The notes beneath the pieces were generated by a model. The model was not told where the DNA came from. It saw only the letters and a list, made by a program, of their open reading frames with translations, and searched no databases. From contig JAOZQE010000001.1 in the NCBI GenBank assembly GCA_029932385.1, positions 1,475-65,474 of the forward strand: a stretch of DNA of 64,000 nucleotides, read 5' to 3'. The position numbers and the translations under genes were made by a program. Shown piece after piece: positions 10,188-19,167 of this stretch. The stretch's first letter is position 1; the number at the start of each line of letters is the position of its first letter. This DNA comes from a bacterium. GTDB taxonomy: Bacteria > Desulfobacterota > Anaeroferrophillalia > Anaeroferrophillales > Tharpellaceae.

Positions 10188-11633
10188 TTAAAATTTGATT
10201 CTGGCTTTGTAAGTCAGTACTGTTTCACCTTTAGCCGGAACTTTTATCCGCCAGGAAGCCACCGAACTGCTCTCTTTTTTATGTTTATGAGATTCACTTA
10301 AGATTTCCCAGTCACCGGGAATCGGTTCGGTTACTTTAATTGTCACCACCTCAGACTTGGCGTTTTTCAGCTTTAATTCAAAAGCGGCTTCATAGATATA
10401 ATTGTAGCGGCCGTCACCACTGAGTTTTTTGAAATCGGTCTGTTTTTTTGCACCCGTCAAATCAAAAGCGTCGCCCAGTTTCAAACGTATTGTTTCATTC
10501 TCCGGGGTGTGGTCAATCCGGTCTTCACCGACAAACTGAAGCGCACCTTTGCTATCCTCTTTGTAGACCCGGACTACCCCTTTGGGTAGCGGCATACCGA
10601 GATGATTCTTTTCTCTATTCTCAATTTCGACATAGACCCCGACCTTTAATTTTTTATCAATTTCACCGTAAGCCTGGCGATAGTAATAAGAACGTCCCCG
10701 CAGCAAGAACTCTTTCTTGCAGGGAATTGCAGTTGCTTGAAGCAGGGCAACCTGTTTACTCTGTTTGTCGGCAATAGTTGTTGGTCGCGCCAGAGTATAA
10801 AGATGATATTCGAACATCTCCTCCTGGGCCATCTTCGGGGCTGCCGCCGCCATCGTTTTAAGAGCCCTCTCGCGCCGGACGTTGTCGGAAGACTGCTTCG
10901 CCGAAACCTGATGCAGGTCGCCGGCAACCAACTGCAGGCGGGCATTTTTATAGGTTGTGCCGCTGGTATTGGTCAAAGTTACCCAACCGCTCAAATTCAG
11001 GGCACTGTCGGCAGCATTAAGTTCAGCAACATAATCTGCCTGCCAACCGAGACCGCGGCTGAGATAACTCAGTTCGATATCTTTCTCGCCCTCTTTCTGG
11101 CTCTCCAGCAGCATTGTCAGAGTCGGTTTGTCCCGCAGGTTTTCAGGCAGGCTGGAAAATGCAAGCCGGCCCGGTACTCCGCTTTCAATACGGTCGGCAA
11201 ATTTTAATACAACTCCGTTGTTGGTGCTCAAAACCTCAGCTTTCTCCCGAGTTTCGACCCCGGTGGTCGGATGGCGTCTGATCACTTCAACCTGCCGGCC
11301 GATATATTTCTGTAGTAGAGATTTCGGTGTCAAAAGATCAAACTCAAAGTTCTGTTCGATTACGGAGAGCCCTTTGGCGGAAAAAAGTGCGGTTTCAGGG
11401 CGCATTTTGGCACTGACACCGCGAAAAGCGAGTTTTACCGGGCCGGCAGCCAGATGCAGGCGGCGCTGGTCTTTAATAAGAGCCAGGTTCTGGTTATAAA
11501 TGGTCACGGCCACACCGGTTTGATCGCTTAAACTACTGACGACTTCAGCCGTTGTCGCCGCGGTCGCGGATGAGAGTGATATTATCCCTGAAAAGCTTAA
11601 AGTCAGGGTCAATAAAATAAATTTACGCAACAT
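10188..11633 (-). CDS. secreted DUF4140/DUF4139 (MuiA-like) family protein
   Basis: 481 aa; signal peptide; N-terminal VAVTIYNQNLALIKDQRRL resembles the DUF4140 N-domain consensus; beta-rich remainder. Confidence 0.55.
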   Translation of the reverse strand: MLRKFILLTLTLSFSGIISLSSATAATTAEVVSSLSDQTGVAVTIYNQNLALIKDQRRLHLAAGPVKLAFRGVSAKMRPETALFSAKGLSVIEQNFEFDLLTPKSLLQKYIGRQVEVIRRHPTTGVETREKAEVLSTNNGVVLKFADRIESGVPGRLAFSSLPENLRDKPTLTMLLESQKEGEKDIELSYLSRGLGWQADYVAELNAADSALNLSGWVTLTNTSGTTYKNARLQLVAGDLHQVSAKQSSDNVRRERALKTMAAAAPKMAQEEMFEYHLYTLARPTTIADKQSKQVALLQATAIPCKKEFLLRGRSYYYRQAYGEIDKKLKVGVYVEIENREKNHLGMPLPKGVVRVYKEDSKGALQFVGEDRIDHTPENETIRLKLGDAFDLTGAKKQTDFKKLSGDGRYNYIYEAAFELKLKNAKSEVVTIKVTEPIPGDWEILSESHKHKKESSSVASWRIKVPAKGETVLTYKARIKF

Positions 11634-11802
11634 TTCATTCTCCTTGAAATTTATGGGGCCATACTCTTTACATTATTAAATGCTTTTCATTCTATAGTTG
11701 TTGGCTAAACTGCTGTCAAGAAATTGTAACTTAAGAGTTTACCGATTCTGTTGTTTGTGTTAAATCTTCCGCTATATTTGACTCTTTCTGTTTAAGGATT
11801 AA

Positions 11803-12777
11803 ATGGCAATCACAATTACAGAAAAAACAGCTATGGTGCAGTGTGAAAGATTTCTGTTTGTACTGCTGCTGGTTCTGATATCTATTTTGGGCTGGAAGGA
11901 AGCGGCAGCGGCAAATGCCTCTGACCAAAACTCACCTTTACCGATTTCAGTATTTGTCAGTATCGGAGCTCATCTCGATTTTTGCCGACAGATTGGCGGC
12001 AACCGAGTTTCAGCCAAATTGGCTCTCCCTCCAGGTAAAAGCCCGGAAACCTACGCTCCGAGCCCACGACAGATTAACGATCTGAGCCGAGCCCGGCTTT
12101 TCTTCAAGGTTGGACTGCCTTTTGAAACTGCATTTTTGCGTAAACTTAAAGCCCTGCCCCGCTCACCTGATATTATTGATACTCAAACCGGCATAAAATT
12201 AGAACCAATGCCCGGCGCACCCTATAATCATGATCATTCCAAGAACCATGAGCGGCACCATAACAACCCGCATCAACATGAAGGTCTGGATCCGCATACC
12301 TGGCTCGACCCCAAACTCGCACTGCAACAATCGACGACAATATATCAAAATCTAAGTCGCATAGATCCTGAAGGTAAAAATATTTATTATAATAATTATA
12401 AGATATTAGAGAAGAAACTTAAAGTTCTTAATGATGAGTTAAAAAACTCTTTCGTCCCCCTGCGCGGACGCACTATTTTTGTTTATCATCCGGCTTTCAG
12501 TTATTTTGCCAGAGCTTTCGGGTTACAGCAGCGAGCAATAGAGATCGCCGGCAAAACTCCGAAGGCCAGGGATCTGGCAGAATTTATAAAGAAGGCCCGC
12601 ACGGAAAAAATTGCCGCCCTCTTTGTTCAACCTCAGTTTGACCGGCAGAGTGCGGAGAAAATTGCCCGAGCCTTAAATTGTGCGGTCATCGGAATAGATC
12701 CACTTGCTGCAGACTACTGCGCTAATCTCAGGCATATAGCAACCACTATTCAAGCGAATATCAAGGTGGAAAAATGA
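11803..12777 (+). CDS. znuA: zinc ABC transporter substrate-binding protein with His-rich loop
   Basis: 324 aa; cluster 9 metal-binding protein pattern; His/Asp/Glu-rich insert HDHSKNHERHHNNPHQHEGLDPHTW typical of ZnuA. Confidence 0.8.
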   Translation: MAITITEKTAMVQCERFLFVLLLVLISILGWKEAAAANASDQNSPLPISVFVSIGAHLDFCRQIGGNRVSAKLALPPGKSPETYAPSPRQINDLSRARLFFKVGLPFETAFLRKLKALPRSPDIIDTQTGIKLEPMPGAPYNHDHSKNHERHHNNPHQHEGLDPHTWLDPKLALQQSTTIYQNLSRIDPEGKNIYYNNYKILEKKLKVLNDELKNSFVPLRGRTIFVYHPAFSYFARAFGLQQRAIEIAGKTPKARDLAEFIKKARTEKIAALFVQPQFDRQSAEKIARALNCAVIGIDPLAADYCANLRHIATTIQANIKVEK

Positions 12778-13574
12778 GCTCTGAGCTACCGATAATCAGA
12801 ATTAAAGATCTGTATTTCTCATACCATGACAATTCGGTATTAGAGGATGTAAACCTTGAAATTGACAAAGGTGAACTGGCCAGTATTGTCGGCCCCAACG
12901 GCGGCGGCAAAACGACTCTGCTTAAACTGATCTTAGGACTTCTCAAGCCGCAGCAGGGAACCATTGAAGTTTTCGGTACAACTCCGGAAAAGGCCCGGCG
13001 AAAGATCGGCTACATGCCGCAGCAGGCGCAACTGGACCCACAATTTCCAATTTCCGTACTTGATGTGGTGCTTACGGGACAGATTGATCGATGCGGCAAG
13101 GGATTTACCGGTGGTTTCCCGAAAGCGGCCGGAAGCATTGCTCAAGCAGCTCTGGCCGAAGTTGGCCTCGGAGATTTTATACAGAAATCTTTCAGCCAAC
13201 TTTCCGGGGGGCAACGACAGCGGGTGCTTATCGCCCGGGCCCTCTGCAGTGAACCGGAACTGCTGCTGCTCGATGAACCTACCTCAAATATTGATCCCCG
13301 AAGTGAAGAAAACCTTTACGAAACTTTAGCCCGGCTTAACCGGAAAATGACGATTCTCCTAGTGTCACACGATATAGGTTTTGTCTCTCAGTTCGTCAAG
13401 AGTGTCATCTGTGTCAATCATCAGGTTATCATTCATCCTACGAGCCAGATTAACGGAACCATTATCAAGGAAATCTACGGCGGCGACTTCAACCTGATTC
13501 GTCACGATCACCGCTGCGACCATACCGGTCACAGCCATCACGATCCATTCTCGGGCAACCGGGAACAACTGTAA
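12774..13574 (+). CDS. znuC: zinc ABC transporter ATP-binding protein with C-terminal His-rich tail
   Basis: 266 aa; Walker A GPNGGGKTT, signature LSGGQRQR, Walker B LLLDEP; 4 nt overlap with znuA. Confidence 0.85.
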   Translation: MSSELPIIRIKDLYFSYHDNSVLEDVNLEIDKGELASIVGPNGGGKTTLLKLILGLLKPQQGTIEVFGTTPEKARRKIGYMPQQAQLDPQFPISVLDVVLTGQIDRCGKGFTGGFPKAAGSIAQAALAEVGLGDFIQKSFSQLSGGQRQRVLIARALCSEPELLLLDEPTSNIDPRSEENLYETLARLNRKMTILLVSHDIGFVSQFVKSVICVNHQVIIHPTSQINGTIIKEIYGGDFNLIRHDHRCDHTGHSHHDPFSGNREQL

Positions 13575-13597
13575 CCTAAAGTTGATATAAGAATATA

Positions 13598-14437
13598 ATG
13601 GATTTTTTCAGTGTTCTGACCGACCCTAACAGCCTCTTTCTCAGGCAGACCCTGCTGGTTGGTCTCTTTTCGAGTATCGCCTTCGGAATAATCGGCACTT
13701 ATGTAATCAGCCGCCGTATCAGCTATCTCGCCGGAGCCGTTTCACATTCGGTCTTAGGCGGAATCGGCGGCGTTATATGGTTAAAAACCGTATTTCAACT
13801 CGAATGGCTCGACCCTCTTTACGGAGCCCTTTTGGCCGCACTTCTATCGGCTTTTATCATCGGCCGTTTCGGCTCCGGCAGAAAAAAAGAAGAGATCATG
13901 ATAGGTGCAACCTGGGCTATCGGTATGGCTTTAGGAATCATTTTCATGGATATGACTCCAGGTTATTTCGACATAACAAGCTACCTCTTCGGAGATATCC
14001 TTTTAGTCTCGGTTCGTGATTTAAAACTTATCATCGCCCTGGACATTGTTATTATTCTCTTTTTCTACCGTTTCTACCACATCGTGACTGCCGTCTGTTT
14101 TGACGAGGAGTTTGCCCGGTTGCGAGGTTTGAAAGTCGATCTTTTCTACCAACTCCTGCTGGGATTAACGGCAGTCAGCGTGGTTCTGTTAATCCGGGTG
14201 GTCGGAATCGTCATGGTCATCGCCATGCTGACGCTCCCGGCGGCAACCGCTGGTCTTTATGCCCGCACCCTTGCCGGCATGATGTTGCTGGCGGTAATGT
14301 TTTCTGCGATCGCGATTGTCGGCGGTATCATTTTAAGCTACAGCGCCAACCTTTCCAGCGGGCCGATTATTATTGTCTGTGCCGGGGTTATCTACTTTGT
14401 CCTGGCCGCTATTAAAAGGGATAAATATTCGCTGTAA
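13598..14437 (+). CDS. znuB: zinc/manganese ABC transporter permease
   Basis: 279 aa; polytopic ABC-3 family permease. Confidence 0.85.
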   Translation: MDFFSVLTDPNSLFLRQTLLVGLFSSIAFGIIGTYVISRRISYLAGAVSHSVLGGIGGVIWLKTVFQLEWLDPLYGALLAALLSAFIIGRFGSGRKKEEIMIGATWAIGMALGIIFMDMTPGYFDITSYLFGDILLVSVRDLKLIIALDIVIILFFYRFYHIVTAVCFDEEFARLRGLKVDLFYQLLLGLTAVSVVLLIRVVGIVMVIAMLTLPAATAGLYARTLAGMMLLAVMFSAIAIVGGIILSYSANLSSGPIIIVCAGVIYFVLAAIKRDKYSL

Positions 14438-15180
14438 TGGATGAGTTTTCCGCAAGGCTGAGCCGGACTCTGCGGCAGATGTATAATCAAATTTCGGAGT
14501 GTGAATCCGGTCTCTTAAAGCCGGTTGCAATTGATCGCGGATTAACTTTGTTGAAAAAACTCGGTTATCCGGTTTCACTGCTGGAATCTCTGCCGCCGGA
14601 AAATTTTGATCACGCCTTTCCGCTCGCAAATCCGTTGACAAAAATTATCGAGCTGGATCCCAAAACCATTCTTGATCTCGGTTGCGGCACCGCCCTGGAT
14701 CTGTTTCTATGCACCCGGCTACTGCCTCAGCTTAAACATGTTTACGGCATCGATGCAAGTTCAGGACTACTTGATAAGGGCAGAAACCGGCTCAAAAATA
14801 TTCCTGAGCAAACCGTCGGGATCACACTGTTTGAAGCTGATCTAAACCAGTTTAGCAAGTATGATATTAACTCTGTTGACCTGATTTTGATGAATGGTTC
14901 ATTCAATCTAATCCACAATAAAGCCAAACTGTTTCAGACACTTTCCGGGCTTTTAAATAATGCCGGCCAGATTCTGATTTATGATTTTCTACTGACCGAA
15001 AGTCTGCCGCCGGGTTTCTCGGACGAAATTGACAACTGGCTCTGGAATATCGGCGGGGCTCTGAGTGCTGCCGAACTCAGTGAAGCAGTCAGCTCTGCCG
15101 GACTTGAAATAATCTCTATAGATGATCTGGAACGGATCGACCCGGTTGCCCGCTGTCAAATTTTAATCGCGAAAAAATAG
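14437..15180 (+). CDS. class I SAM-dependent methyltransferase
   Basis: 247 aa; motif I LDLGCGTALD; start codon overlaps the znuB stop (TAATG). Confidence 0.7.
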   Translation: MDEFSARLSRTLRQMYNQISECESGLLKPVAIDRGLTLLKKLGYPVSLLESLPPENFDHAFPLANPLTKIIELDPKTILDLGCGTALDLFLCTRLLPQLKHVYGIDASSGLLDKGRNRLKNIPEQTVGITLFEADLNQFSKYDINSVDLILMNGSFNLIHNKAKLFQTLSGLLNNAGQILIYDFLLTESLPPGFSDEIDNWLWNIGGALSAAELSEAVSSAGLEIISIDDLERIDPVARCQILIAKK

Positions 15181-15184
15181 CTGT

Positions 15185-15850
15185 CTATGCTTTCGTTCCG
15201 GAGCTGATTTCTTCCAGAACCTGCGGCAGATTAAGCAGTGATGTCAACGGTCGGTTTTCGGTTGAATGCTGGTTGTGATCTGCGGCTGCCGGATCAAAGA
15301 GAATGGTTGCCAAGCCAAGCTCGCCCGCCGGCTTCAAATTGACCGCCATATCATCAATCATCACTCCTGCTTCACCCCGGGCCTCTATCTTATCTAAGAG
15401 TTCCTGATAGATTTCGATATCCGGTTTTGGACGAAAATCGAAATAGTTGATATCAAAGATGGCCGTAAAGCAGTCCTGAAGACCAAGAAAATCAAGAACT
15501 TTCTGACAATGTCCGTTTGAAGCGTTGGAGAAGATATATTTTTTTTCCGGCAATTCAGAGAGCATGGTTTTTAATTTTGTATCCGGTTCAAGATAGTCTT
15601 CCAGGGGTACGTTATGGACAAATTCAAGGTAGTCGTGCGGATCGATATTGTGATGAGTAATCAGACCGTTCAAAGTCGTGCCATGCTCTCTCATATACAT
15701 ACGCCGCTTAAAATCAACTTCGGAAGCGGGAATTTTGACTATCTCCCGCAGATAACGGTTAATTAAATTATCTATATGATCAAACAGGCCGCAGCTCCGG
15801 GGATAGATGGTATTATCAAGATCGAAGAGAATAAATTTTGCCGCAGACAT
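15185..15850 (-). CDS. HAD-superfamily hydrolase (pyrimidine 5'-nucleotidase-like, subfamily IA)
   Basis: 221 aa; motif I FDLDNTIY at the N-terminus. Confidence 0.7.
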   Translation of the reverse strand: MSAAKFILFDLDNTIYPRSCGLFDHIDNLINRYLREIVKIPASEVDFKRRMYMREHGTTLNGLITHHNIDPHDYLEFVHNVPLEDYLEPDTKLKTMLSELPEKKYIFSNASNGHCQKVLDFLGLQDCFTAIFDINYFDFRPKPDIEIYQELLDKIEARGEAGVMIDDMAVNLKPAGELGLATILFDPAAADHNQHSTENRPLTSLLNLPQVLEEISSGTKA

Positions 15851-16341
15851 TATTTTTCCTGATATTTATTGAGAATTTCTTCGATTATGGATGTTGTTGA
15901 ATATTGATCTATAAACGGCAGAGACTGAACTGACCCACCCCGGGCCGCAACCAGATCACGACCGACAATCGCACTGGTATCCCAGTCACCGCCTTTGACC
16001 AGGATGTCGGGCTCAAGCAGTTTGATTAACTGATAAGGATCATCCTCATTGAAGATTGTGACAAAATCAACCGCTGTCAGAGCCGCAAGCAGCCGTGCCC
16101 TGGCCTGCTCCGGCATTATTGGCCTTTTATCCCCCTTAAGGCGCTGCACCGAAGCATCAGAGTTCACCCCCACAACCAGGATATCTCCCAAAGCCTTAGC
16201 TTCAGCCAGATAGGCTGAATGGCCAGGGTGCAGAATATCAAAACAACCGTTGGTAAAAACGATTTTTTTACCCTTATTCTGAAAATCACGAATTAACAAT
16301 GCCAGAGTTTCAGCCTTAATAAATGATTCTGTTTCCACCAA
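15850..16341 (-). CDS. D-glycero-beta-D-manno-heptose 1-phosphate adenylyltransferase-like cytidylyltransferase (RfaE domain II)
   Basis: 163 aa; VFTNGCFDILHPGHSAYL nucleotidyltransferase HxGH motif; stop overlaps the HAD start. Confidence 0.75.
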   Translation of the reverse strand: MVETESFIKAETLALLIRDFQNKGKKIVFTNGCFDILHPGHSAYLAEAKALGDILVVGVNSDASVQRLKGDKRPIMPEQARARLLAALTAVDFVTIFNEDDPYQLIKLLEPDILVKGGDWDTSAIVGRDLVAARGGSVQSLPFIDQYSTTSIIEEILNKYQEK

Positions 16342-16679
16342 TAAACCTCCCGGAATATCTTTACGTTCAGTAACAACTTGACAAATATAGTAGAAATTAA
16401 TAGAGTTAATCCGATGTTTTTGGTAATAGTACGTCTAAGTGCCGGTCGGCTTGATTATTGCTGGTCAATAATTGACTCTTCCCCGCGGCCTTCAAAATTG
16501 ACACTACCATTAAAGATAAAGGTATCACAACCTGCTTCAGTAAGTATATGTAAAAACAGATATTTTCCCGGCAAACATAACGACAACCGGGCAATTACTG
16601 CAAATTACAGAGCAAAAAAATATCTTAAGTTCATTTACTTAAATGTAATGTCACCTCATTTAAGGTTAAAGAAAAACCG

Positions 16680-17729
16680 ATGCGGAATGAAAAAAAACTG
16701 GTACTCGTTGTTGATGATGAAAAGGATATCCGCGAGATCCTGGCTGAAACCTTAGATAATCTTGACTTCGAATGCATAATCGCCTGCGATGGTGATGAAG
16801 CGATAGCCTGTCTGGATGAACACCATGATATCATTGATGTTGTTATCTGTGATCTCAAGATGCCCAGAGTCTCAGGCGATCAAGTCATTATCTACGGCCA
16901 TAAAAAATATCCGCTCATCCCGATTATCATTCTTACCGGATTTGCTCAACTTGACATGGCTCTCGACCATATGCGGCTCGGAGCTTTCGATTATATGACT
17001 AAACCATTCCGGGTAAAAGAGCTGCTTTTCATATTAAAACGGGCCTTGGAAAAACGCCAGCTTCAGGAAGAGAACGCAGCCTACCAGAATACGCTTGAGA
17101 TACGAATTGAAGAAGCAACTCAAGCTCTTCACAACCAGGTGGTGCAAACCGTAAGTTCTTTCATTCTGGCAATCGAAGCGAAAGACCGTTATACCCAGGG
17201 ACATTCAAAAAGGGTCGCTGAATACTCTGGCTTAATGGCTGAGAAACTCGGCCTCTCGCAAGAGGATAAAACTAATCTCATCTATGCCGCTCAACTTCAC
17301 GATATTGGCAAAATCGGTATCTCTGAGCAACTGCTCAATAAACCCGGACGACTTAATAAGGTTGAGTACGAAACCATTAAAACCCATCCCAGTAAAGGGG
17401 TAAAAATTTTAGAACCGTTGGATTTCCTCGATCATCTTCTGCCGGTGGTCGAATCCCATCATGAATGGTTCGATGGCTACGGTTACCCCAAAGGTCTGGC
17501 CCGGGAAGAAATTCCATTTCTGGCCCGGATAATAGCGGTCTGCGACTCCTTCGATGCTATGACATCAGACAGATCATACCGTGAACCTCTCCCGCTTAAA
17601 ATTGCAATTCAGGAGATCAAAAATGGTTCCGGTAGTCAGTTTGATCCTCAGGTAGTCTTTGCCTTCCTCGAAATATTTCATAATACCCTGGAATCGCAGA
17701 TGATCACCCGAAAAACTATTGGGAAATAA
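16680..17729 (+). CDS. response regulator with HD-GYP phosphodiesterase output domain
   Basis: 349 aa; REC domain (DDEKD...D...K) followed by HD (HDIGKIGI) and GYP (FDGYGYPKG) motifs. Confidence 0.85.
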   Translation: MRNEKKLVLVVDDEKDIREILAETLDNLDFECIIACDGDEAIACLDEHHDIIDVVICDLKMPRVSGDQVIIYGHKKYPLIPIIILTGFAQLDMALDHMRLGAFDYMTKPFRVKELLFILKRALEKRQLQEENAAYQNTLEIRIEEATQALHNQVVQTVSSFILAIEAKDRYTQGHSKRVAEYSGLMAEKLGLSQEDKTNLIYAAQLHDIGKIGISEQLLNKPGRLNKVEYETIKTHPSKGVKILEPLDFLDHLLPVVESHHEWFDGYGYPKGLAREEIPFLARIIAVCDSFDAMTSDRSYREPLPLKIAIQEIKNGSGSQFDPQVVFAFLEIFHNTLESQMITRKTIGK

Positions 17730-17739
17730 AACCTTTTCC

Positions 17740-18576
17740 CTACAACCATTTTCCCTCATCAGCGTATGGCCCGGTTATTTCTGCCAACTTGCGTCTTAAA
17801 TGCATAAATCTGGATTTCATTTCTTTAAGCCAGAGACCATGCCTGCCGGCCTGCTCTTCAGTAAAAAAAATATTGTCAGGATTGAGTGTTACTTTTAACT
17901 TAAGATTCTTCCCATCATTAACTACCTCTCCGTAATTGCGGCAGACAACACACTGGATCTTATTTTCGCCCAACAACTGGATTACATCGCTGCCGCACAT
18001 TGGACAGGCCCATTCGGCAAAAAACCGTTTCTCGGTAGAAAAAAGTTTTAATCCCAAATTAGCGGCCCGCTGCAGCTGTTCGTCATTTTCATGGAAAATT
18101 TCTCCCGGCAGGGCACCATAAAAAATTTCAGAGGCGCGCAGCTTCAGGCCCAGAATCAGGCTAAAACTGTTGATCATCATCTCACTGTAACCGGCTTCGC
18201 CTTTAATGCCGGCGGTCACCAGGTTTATCACCGGTTTTCCCCGTACGCTGAACTTAGCTGAAAAGAGTTGCAGGCAGCGGTCAAGAAAAACCTTTAAGAC
18301 TCCGTTGGCCCCGATAAAATAGGTCGGTGAAGCAATGATCAGAGCATCGGATTTTGCCATGGCTTCGGCAACCTCGAGAAAATCATCATCCAACGGACAA
18401 CTGCCACTCATAAGACAAGCGTAACATCCCTTACAAGGTTTTATATTTTTACTGGTCAGGCGCACCAGGGTTAGTTCATGTTCCTCAGGGATATGGCGGC
18501 AGATCTCTTTAGTTAGAACTTCACAATTACCTGATTCACGCGGTGAAAGGATCAGCGCGACAATATTCTTTTTCAT
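17740..18576 (-). CDS. iron-sulfur flavoprotein (Isf)-like NADPH-dependent FMN reductase with C-terminal zinc-ribbon extension
   Basis: 278 aa; compact Cys motif CX2CX2CX5C after a flavodoxin-like start; C-terminal CPMCG...CVVC. Confidence 0.65.
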   Translation of the reverse strand: MKKNIVALILSPRESGNCEVLTKEICRHIPEEHELTLVRLTSKNIKPCKGCYACLMSGSCPLDDDFLEVAEAMAKSDALIIASPTYFIGANGVLKVFLDRCLQLFSAKFSVRGKPVINLVTAGIKGEAGYSEMMINSFSLILGLKLRASEIFYGALPGEIFHENDEQLQRAANLGLKLFSTEKRFFAEWACPMCGSDVIQLLGENKIQCVVCRNYGEVVNDGKNLKLKVTLNPDNIFFTEEQAGRHGLWLKEMKSRFMHLRRKLAEITGPYADEGKWL

Positions 18577-19167
18577 AATTTCCCCCGGGAATGTAATTCC
18601 GATGTTTAAACAATAGTCGGCAACCCTTTCTATCTGAAATCTTCTGCAAATTCAACTAAATAAGTTGTTAAAAAAATATGTAGCAAATTTATTACCAATA
18701 AAATATAACACTTTTATACAATTTCCGAGAAAAGCCACAACATTGTCTACATAAGGTATAAACACCCTGTTGAAAAGCTGTTAACAACCAATAAAGGTAG
18801 TCATAATTATCTTATTGAAAAAAATCTGCGAAAAATCTCACTAAAATTAGCATGTATAGTTTTACCCATAATTTCAATAAGTTACAAATGTCAAGAAGAT
18901 TGTAGTATATACTTGAAAAAAGTTTGTTAAGAATTGATCGAGAATGATTTCAAGCTGTTAACAAGCAATAGCAAAAAAAACTAAAAAAAACAAGGTTCAA
19001 AGCTATCGGCATTAAAACAGAAGGCAAAAAAATGATCCTACACATTTTTAGTGCGCCATTATCAAATCATGTTAAAAAAGCAGCATATTGTCCTTGACAA
19101 ACGCTATATCCCCTGTTAACTGGACGGCGGCAAAGACATTTCAACCCTCAAATCATAAGGTTTTCCC
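18577..19167. promoter_or_regulatory. 590 bp AT-rich non-coding block upstream of uppP containing a repeated AAGCTGTTAACAA motif
   Basis: No ORF over 25 codons; strongly AT-biased relative to flanks; 13-mer AAGCTGTTAACAA at 18775 and 18952, CTGTTAACT at 19113. Confidence 0.4.

Noticed and set aside
11634-11802. Zur box upstream of znuA
   Set aside because: I looked for a palindromic Zur-type operator but found only imperfect repeats around GTAACTTAAGAGTTTAC. I cannot call a site without a genus-specific matrix.
16378-16755. 125 aa plus-strand ORF in the intergenic region upstream of the HD-GYP regulator
   Set aside because: There is no RBS. It runs into the regulator start and has a low-complexity translation, so it is more likely non-coding leader DNA.
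18577-19167. Possibility that the AT-rich block is oriC (dnaE is nearby)
   Set aside because: There are no recognisable DnaA boxes (TTATCCACA-like). Neither dnaA nor dnaN is adjacent, and dnaE is not an oriC marker.
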